A stretch of 64,000 nucleotides of DNA, from the NCBI GenBank assembly GCA_902512325.1, contig CABXIT010000002.1:5009-69008 (forward strand), in the 5' to 3' direction. Positions within the stretch are counted from its first letter, which is position 1. Each line of letters starts with the position of its first letter. This document shows, piece by piece, positions 58,566 to 64,000 of the stretch. Origin of the DNA: an uncultured Alphaproteobacteria bacterium (GTDB taxonomy: Bacteria; Pseudomonadota; Alphaproteobacteria; HIMB59; GCA-002718135). The position numbers were made by a program, and so were the translations under genes. Below the pieces are notes generated by a model that worked only from the letters and a program-made list of their open reading frames with translations, was not told the origin of the DNA and did no database searches.

Positions 58566-59668
58566 TGACTAATATTAAGAAAAAATACAATATTTCACCA
58601 ATTGAAGAAATTATTGACGAGGCTAAAAATGGAAGAATGTATATCCTTGTTGATGATCCAAATCGAGAAAATGAAGGAGATCTAATAATTCCCGCACAAA
58701 TGGCAACACCCGATGCAATTAATTTTATGGCTAAGTATGGAAGAGGGCTAATCTGTCTTTCAATGACCAAACAACGAATAGAAGAATTGGAACTACCTCT
58801 AATGAATCCAAATAATCAAAAAAATGATTTAACAGCATTTACAGTTTCAATTGAGGCAAGAGAAGGTGTGACTACAGGTATATCAGCTGCTGATCGTTCC
58901 CATACGATATCAGTAGCAATTAATCACAATAGGAAAAAAAATGATTTAGTTTATCCAGGCCATGTTTTCCCATTAATGTCATGGGATGGCGGAGTTTTAG
59001 TAAGGGCAGGTCATACTGAGGCTGCTGTAGATATTTCCAAGTTAGCAGGATTAAATCCTTCAGGAGTAATTTGTGAAATTATGAGTAACGATGGTGATAT
59101 GGCGAGATTACCAGAGATACTAGAATTTTCACAATTACATAATTTAAAAGTAGGAACAGTATCTGATTTAATAAAGTACAGATTAAAATATAATAAAATA
59201 ATTAAACAAATTTCAGAACGTTCTTTTGAAAGTAAAAAGGGCAGAGGTTTTATTCTAAAAATATTTGAAAATACTTTATCAAAAGAAAAACATTATGCAT
59301 TAGTAAAAAATATAACTGCAGTTGAAAATTTATATCCTGTTAGAATGCATAAACTTAATATAGAAAAAGATATTTTTGCTGAAAAAAATTTTTTTGGCGA
59401 TGAAATCAATCATTCATTTGATATGATTGAAAAAAATGGTTCTGGTGCAATAGTTCTAATTAATAGTGATATTGCACCAAATATTCTTAAAGCTTTTGAT
59501 CAAAGAAAAAAACAAAACAATAAATTAGAACTTCGTGAATATGGTGTTGGGGCACAAATTCTTAAAGATATTGGTATTAAGAAAATAATATTACTTTCAA
59601 ATTCAACTAAAAAAATTATAGCTTTAGATGGTTTTGATATTGAAATTATAAAACAACAAAAAATATGA
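58565..59668 (+). CDS. ribBA: 3,4-dihydroxy-2-butanone-4-phosphate synthase fused to degenerate GTP cyclohydrolase II-like domain
   Basis: 367 aa. The N-terminal RibB half is intact (DDPNRENEGDLI, RAGHTEAAVD). The C-terminal half aligns with RibA but has no Cys at the zinc site (VRMHKLNIEKDIFAEKNFFGDEINHSF). Confidence 0.87.
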   Translation: MTNIKKKYNISPIEEIIDEAKNGRMYILVDDPNRENEGDLIIPAQMATPDAINFMAKYGRGLICLSMTKQRIEELELPLMNPNNQKNDLTAFTVSIEAREGVTTGISAADRSHTISVAINHNRKKNDLVYPGHVFPLMSWDGGVLVRAGHTEAAVDISKLAGLNPSGVICEIMSNDGDMARLPEILEFSQLHNLKVGTVSDLIKYRLKYNKIIKQISERSFESKKGRGFILKIFENTLSKEKHYALVKNITAVENLYPVRMHKLNIEKDIFAEKNFFGDEINHSFDMIEKNGSGAIVLINSDIAPNILKAFDQRKKQNNKLELREYGVGAQILKDIGIKKIILLSNSTKKIIALDGFDIEIIKQQKI

Positions 59669-60063
59669 AAAATAAAATTTTAATTGTAAGTTCAAACTAT
59701 TATGCAGATATTAGTAGAAATTTAATTAAAGGCGCTACTGAAGAATTAAAAATGAACAATTTAGAGTTTGAAGTTCTATACGCGCCTGGTTGTTTTGAAA
59801 TTCCTTTTTTAATCTCTAAGAATATTAAAAAATATAGAGGTTTTATTGCTTTAGGATGTCTAATTAGAGGGGAGACTTATCATTTCAATTTAATTGCTAA
59901 TGAGTGTACAAGAAAAATTATTGATATTTCAAATAATTCATTGAAGCCAATAGGATTTGGAGTTTTAACATGTGAAAATTTAAAACAAGCAATAAATAGA
60001 AGTGATATTAGAAAAAAAAATAAAGGTAAAGAAGCGGCTAATGCTTGTATTAAACTTTTATAA
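59665..60063 (+). CDS. ribH: 6,7-dimethyl-8-ribityllumazine synthase
   Basis: 132 aa with APGCFEIPF and LGCLIRGETYHF. Confidence 0.88.
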   Translation: MKNKILIVSSNYYADISRNLIKGATEELKMNNLEFEVLYAPGCFEIPFLISKNIKKYRGFIALGCLIRGETYHFNLIANECTRKIIDISNNSLKPIGFGVLTCENLKQAINRSDIRKKNKGKEAANACIKLL

Positions 60064-60068
60064 TCTTA

Positions 60069-60533
60069 ATGCAAAATTATATTAAAACTGAAACTAGGCT
60101 TGTTTTTATTCAATTTATATTTTCTTCTTTATTTTCTAACTCTTCATTTAATGAAAATATTAATGATTTTGAAAATTACTTCTATAAGTTATCAGTTTCG
60201 TCAATTGAGCAGAAAAAAGAAACTCTTATTAATTTTAATAAAAATTATTTCAAAAAACTTACAAAAAGTTACGATGATTTTATTAAAAAAAATAATATTG
60301 AAGACATAATAAATTCTCTCATAAAGTTTGATAGAAATTATAAAAATTGGGATCAAATAAATAAATCAATAATTTTGTCTATTTTTTCTGAAATTGCAAT
60401 TACAAAAAAAGAAAAAATTAAAATATTACTAAATGATTATATAAACATTTCTAAAACTCTAATACCCAAAAAAGATCTTGGTATGATTAATGCAATTACA
60501 GATAAATATTTAAGTGATAAAAATATCTTCTAA
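60069..60533 (+). CDS. nusB: transcription antitermination factor NusB (divergent)
   Basis: 154 aa in the conserved ribH-nusB-thiL slot. The C-terminal pattern W..I...ILSIFSEI....K...LLNDYINISK.....DLGMINAITDK fits NusB. Confidence 0.62.
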   Translation: MQNYIKTETRLVFIQFIFSSLFSNSSFNENINDFENYFYKLSVSSIEQKKETLINFNKNYFKKLTKSYDDFIKKNNIEDIINSLIKFDRNYKNWDQINKSIILSIFSEIAITKKEKIKILLNDYINISKTLIPKKDLGMINAITDKYLSDKNIF

Positions 60534-61503
60534 TTCTAAATTATCGGAAAAAATAATAATAGATAAGTTTTTTAAAAAGCTTAACTTCAATAAAATTGGT
60601 ACTTATAATTTTGAAAATGATGCAGCTTATTTGAATATATCTAGTAAATATAAAACCGTCGTAACAACTGATACTATAGTTGAAAATACTGATTTTTTTT
60701 CAAATGATCCCCCAGAGTCAATTGCTCAGAAAATACTTTGTATAAATCTTTCTGATATTTCTGCAATGGGAGCTTTACCTAAAACTTATACTTTAAATAT
60801 ATCTATAAATTCTAAAATAAATTATCACTGGTTAAAAAAATTTACTGATACTTTAAACAAACTACAAAAAAAATATAATATTTATCTTCTGGGTGGAGAT
60901 ATTTCAAAATCTAAGGAAATTAGTATAACGGCCACTATATTTGGTGAAGCCAAGTTGAAGAATATTATATCTCAAAATAATTGTAATTTAGGAGATGATA
61001 TTTGGATAACGGGAAATTTAGGTAATTCTTATTTAGGTTATAGTATTTTAAAGAATAAAAATTTTAAGTTAGAAAATAAAAATTTATTATATTTTAAAAA
61101 TAAATATTTGTATCCTAAACCATGCATGTTTGGATCTAAAGCTTATAAATATATGAATTCCGCAAAAGATATCTCGGATGGTTTTTTTGGTGATTTATCA
61201 AAAATTCTTGATGGAAAATATGGAGCTAGAATAAATACAAAATTAATACCACTTTCAGATATCTTAAAAAAAATTTTAAATAAACATAATCCACTTATTA
61301 GACTTGAAGATATTTTAAATTGGGGTGATGACTATCAGTTAGTTTTTACTTCATATAAAAGAAATAGGGAAAAATTATTAAGTTTATCAAAAAAAAATAG
61401 AGTTAAGATTTCACTTGTTGGTTCTGTTATTAAAAAGACTGGAATTTTTGATGATTCTCTACAAATTATAAAAAATATCCATAGTTTTGATCATTTTTCC
61501 TAA
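60514..61503 (+). CDS. thiL: thiamine-monophosphate kinase
   Basis: 329 aa with DAAYL, TTDTIVENTDF and LSDISAMGA (AIR-synthase-like fold). Confidence 0.85.
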   Translation: MIKISSNSKLSEKIIIDKFFKKLNFNKIGTYNFENDAAYLNISSKYKTVVTTDTIVENTDFFSNDPPESIAQKILCINLSDISAMGALPKTYTLNISINSKINYHWLKKFTDTLNKLQKKYNIYLLGGDISKSKEISITATIFGEAKLKNIISQNNCNLGDDIWITGNLGNSYLGYSILKNKNFKLENKNLLYFKNKYLYPKPCMFGSKAYKYMNSAKDISDGFFGDLSKILDGKYGARINTKLIPLSDILKKILNKHNPLIRLEDILNWGDDYQLVFTSYKRNREKLLSLSKKNRVKISLVGSVIKKTGIFDDSLQIIKNIHSFDHFS

Positions 61504-61565
61504 AATCTTGATTTTTCCAAGACTTTCTGTCATATGAGCAAAAAAATTCAAGGAGATTAGCTACA

Positions 61566-63671
61566 ATGACAACAATGCAAATATTTATATTATTATGTGG
61601 TCTAGCTGCTGTTTTATACGGCTTAATTACATCTAGGCAAATTTTATCACTTAGTACTGGTAATGAAAAAATGGCAAGTATAGCAAGTGCAATCCAAGAG
61701 GGGGCAAGAGCCTATTTGAACAGACAATATTTAACTATCGGAATAGTTGGAATTGTTATTTTTTTATTCATATGGTTGTTATTTGGTCTATCCTCAGGTC
61801 TAGGTTTCTTAATAGGTGCAATTTTTTCAGGTGCTGCTGGCTATGTAGGTATGAATATTTCTGTTAGATCTAATGTAAGAACTACCCAAGCGGCAAGTTC
61901 AAGTTTATCTGAAGGCCTATCTGTGTCATTTAAAGCTGGAGCTGTTACAGGAATGTTAGTTGCAGGTTTCGCATTACTATCAATTGCGCTTTATTATTTC
62001 ATTTTAGACAATTCAGGCTTATTCCCAGGTAGAGAAATTGTTGCTCCATTGGTATCATTAGGTTTTGGAGCATCTTTAATTTCCATTTTTGCGAGACTAG
62101 GTGGTGGAATTTTTACTAAAGGTGCAGATGTAGGAGCTGACCTTGTTGGTAAAGTAGAGGCAGGTATACCTGAAGATGATCCACGAAATCCTGCAGTTAT
62201 AGCTGATAATGTAGGAGATAACGTAGGAGATTGTGCTGGCATGGCTGCTGACTTATTTGAAACTTATGTTGTAACTGTAGTTGCTACAATGGTTCTTTCT
62301 TCGATATTTTTTTCTGACCTTTCTTCTATGATGATGTACCCACTTGCAATTGCTGGGGTTTGCACTTTAGCAAGTATTGTTGGAACTTACTTTGTAAGAT
62401 TAGGTAAAAGTGAAAATATTATGGCTGCCTTATATAAAGGTTTTGCAGTATCTGCAATTTTATCAGCTGTACTATTATATTTTATAACTGATCATGTTAT
62501 AGGTTTAAATTCAGTTTTCTCTGTAGATGATAAAACATTTACTGGAATATCTCTTTTTTATTGTGGTTTATTAGGTTTAATTATTACTGGTTTAATTATT
62601 TGGGTTACTGAATACTATACAGGAACTAATTATAGACCTGTGCAAAGTATTGCTCAAGCATCTACAACTGGTCATGGAACAAACGTCATACAAGGTCTTG
62701 CAATAAGTTTGGAAGCAACTGCACTTCCGGCGATTATAATTGTAGCAGGTATAATAATAACTCATGCACTAGCTGGATTATTTGGAATAGCTATTGCTGT
62801 AACAACAATGTTAGCTTTAGCAGGAATGGTCGTAGCACTTGATGCGTATGGTCCTGTTACAGATAATGCAGGTGGTATTGCTGAAATGGCAGAATTAGAT
62901 GATAATGTTAGAAAAACTACTGATGCTTTAGATGCAGTTGGAAATACAACTAAAGCTGTAACAAAAGGATATGCAATTGGTTCTGCTGGATTAGGTGCAC
63001 TTGTTTTGTTTGCTGCTTACACAGAAGATTTAGAGCATTTTGCAAAAGATCCTAACAGTCCTCTATCCTTTGAGAAAATTGGACATGTTACTTTTGATTT
63101 ATCAAATCCATATGTAGTAGTGGGTTTACTGTTAGGTGGATTATTACCATTCTTATTTGGAGCAATGAGTATGACTGCTGTAGGAAGAGCCGCAGGTTCT
63201 GTAGTTGTTGAAGTTAGAAGACAATTCAAGGAAATACCAGGTATCATGGAAGGTACAGCAAAACCAGAATATGGAAAATGTGTAGATATTCTTACTAAAT
63301 CAGCAATTAGAGAAATGATTATACCATCTATGTTACCTGTTTTATCGCCAATCGTAGTTTATTTTGTAATCCTATTAATAGCAGGACAAGCAGCAGCCCT
63401 TTCTTGTTTAGGTGCATTACTTCTAGGAGTAATTATAACAGGTTTATTTGTAGCTATAAGCATGACTGCCGGTGGCGGAGCCTGGGATAATGCAAAAAAA
63501 TATATTGAAGATGGTAATCATGGTGGAAAAGGCAGTGAAGCACATAAAGCAGCAGTTACTGGGGACACTGTGGGAGATCCCTATAAGGATACAGCTGGTC
63601 CAGCTGTAAACCCAATGATTAAAATTACAAATATTGTTGCATTATTGTTATTAGCAGCAATAGCTATGTAA
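61566..63671 (+). CDS. hppA: membrane-bound H+-translocating pyrophosphatase, K+-independent type
   Basis: 701 aa with [16 protein letters not shown] and [20 protein letters not shown] (Lys rather than Ala) is the published signature of K+-independent enzymes. Confidence 0.95.
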   Translation: MTTMQIFILLCGLAAVLYGLITSRQILSLSTGNEKMASIASAIQEGARAYLNRQYLTIGIVGIVIFLFIWLLFGLSSGLGFLIGAIFSGAAGYVGMNISVRSNVRTTQAASSSLSEGLSVSFKAGAVTGMLVAGFALLSIALYYFILDNSGLFPGREIVAPLVSLGFGASLISIFARLGGGIFTKGADVGADLVGKVEAGIPEDDPRNPAVIADNVGDNVGDCAGMAADLFETYVVTVVATMVLSSIFFSDLSSMMMYPLAIAGVCTLASIVGTYFVRLGKSENIMAALYKGFAVSAILSAVLLYFITDHVIGLNSVFSVDDKTFTGISLFYCGLLGLIITGLIIWVTEYYTGTNYRPVQSIAQASTTGHGTNVIQGLAISLEATALPAIIIVAGIIITHALAGLFGIAIAVTTMLALAGMVVALDAYGPVTDNAGGIAEMAELDDNVRKTTDALDAVGNTTKAVTKGYAIGSAGLGALVLFAAYTEDLEHFAKDPNSPLSFEKIGHVTFDLSNPYVVVGLLLGGLLPFLFGAMSMTAVGRAAGSVVVEVRRQFKEIPGIMEGTAKPEYGKCVDILTKSAIREMIIPSMLPVLSPIVVYFVILLIAGQAAALSCLGALLLGVIITGLFVAISMTAGGGAWDNAKKYIEDGNHGGKGSEAHKAAVTGDTVGDPYKDTAGPAVNPMIKITNIVALLLLAAIAM

Positions 63672-63676
63672 ATAGT

Positions 63677-64000
63677 TTAATTACTGTTAGGGACTCTTTG
63701 AGTCCCTACACCACCAAAGATTTTTTCAATTAATCCCCTCCTTATAATTTCATTACTAGTTTTCATTTTATTAATTTTTATTTTTTCTACTTTGTTCAGA
63801 TTTAATACTTTTTTTCTAACTACATTATCATTTTGATCAAACTCAAAGACAAATATATAACTATATTCATTCTCTTTTGAAAAAAAATTATTTTCTTTTG
63901 TTTTTTGAGAATAGTAAAAATACTTATTTTCAATTGGATCAATAAAGCTAGGTTGTCCAAAACTTTCAATTAGATTATTTTTATTAGAAATATTTAAATT
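63677..64000 (-). CDS. C-terminal part of a BamE/SmpA-OmlA-like lipoprotein (gene runs off right edge)
   Basis: Not in the ORF track because it is truncated. The reverse frame is open from 64000 to a TAA at 63679-63677 and reads ...LIESFGQPSFIDPIENKYFYYSQ...EYSYIFVFEFDQNDNVV...FGGVGTQRVPNSN*. The LG.PS...P......W.Y pattern is BamE-like. Confidence 0.4.
   Translation of the reverse strand, partial: NLNISNKNNLIESFGQPSFIDPIENKYFYYSQKTKENNFFSKENEYSYIFVFEFDQNDNVVRKKVLNLNKVEKIKINKMKTSNEIIRRGLIEKIFGGVGTQRVPNSN

Noticed and set aside
61534-61560. 8-codon upstream mini-ORF (MSKKIQGD) before hppA
   Set aside because: It is too short to support. The AAGGAG it contains is more simply read as the hppA ribosome-binding site.
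1-64000. Scan for CRISPR arrays, IS elements or transposases, intact integrases, toxin-antitoxin pairs, restriction-modification or other defence systems, and rRNA genes
   Set aside because: None were recognised. The only repeats found are the tRNA-Ser half duplication, the pilin cassettes and the paralogous lipoyl domains. The only recombinase-like trace is the N-terminal extension of pyrB.

Overview
This is a 64-kb, very AT-rich (roughly 30% G+C by eye) and extremely compact bacterial chromosome segment. It holds about 70 genes, most spacers are under 60 nt, and many gene pairs share 1-nt (TAATG) or 4-nt (ATGA) stop/start overlaps. Gene order is classic alphaproteobacterial housekeeping synteny: trpD-G-E / ppiD / tpiA-secG-pyrG-kdsA-eno-ftsB-pdhABC-lipA; ispDF / ntrYX-trkA; topA-plsY-pyrB-ruvX / gatCAB; tRNA-Ser-dapA-smpB-rpoZ-spoT-acpS-lepB-rnc-era-recO-parC; rpiB-glyA-nrdR-ribD-ribE-ribBA-ribH-nusB-thiL; hppA. 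Composition and compaction fit a streamlined marine Pelagibacterales (SAR11)-like genome, but this is inference because no database search was possible. Non-housekeeping content sits in three places. (1) A ~2.7-kb islet at 35.0-37.8 kb is bounded by a perfect 47-bp direct repeat made of the 5' half of tRNA-Ser(GCU). It carries three paralogous type IV pilin genes with near-identical 5' cassettes, a truncated fourth pilin start, a 4-TM protein and two unusually long non-coding stretches, with no recombinase or pilus-assembly genes. (2) A TRAP transporter operon has a Tat-exported DctP, an oversized DctQ, and a DctM fused to a ~330-aa coiled-coil-rich C-terminal extension. It lies tail-to-tail with a SABATH-type (plant-like) carboxyl methyltransferase homologue. 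(3) A pepC (bleomycin-hydrolase-type cysteine aminopeptidase) gene is paired with a small ORF. Other oddities are a pyrB ORF with a ~75-codon N-terminal extension resembling an integrase arm-type domain, an NtrX with degenerate AAA+ motifs, and a RibBA whose cyclohydrolase II half lacks the zinc cysteines. No rRNA, CRISPR array, IS element, intact integrase or prophage was recognised.
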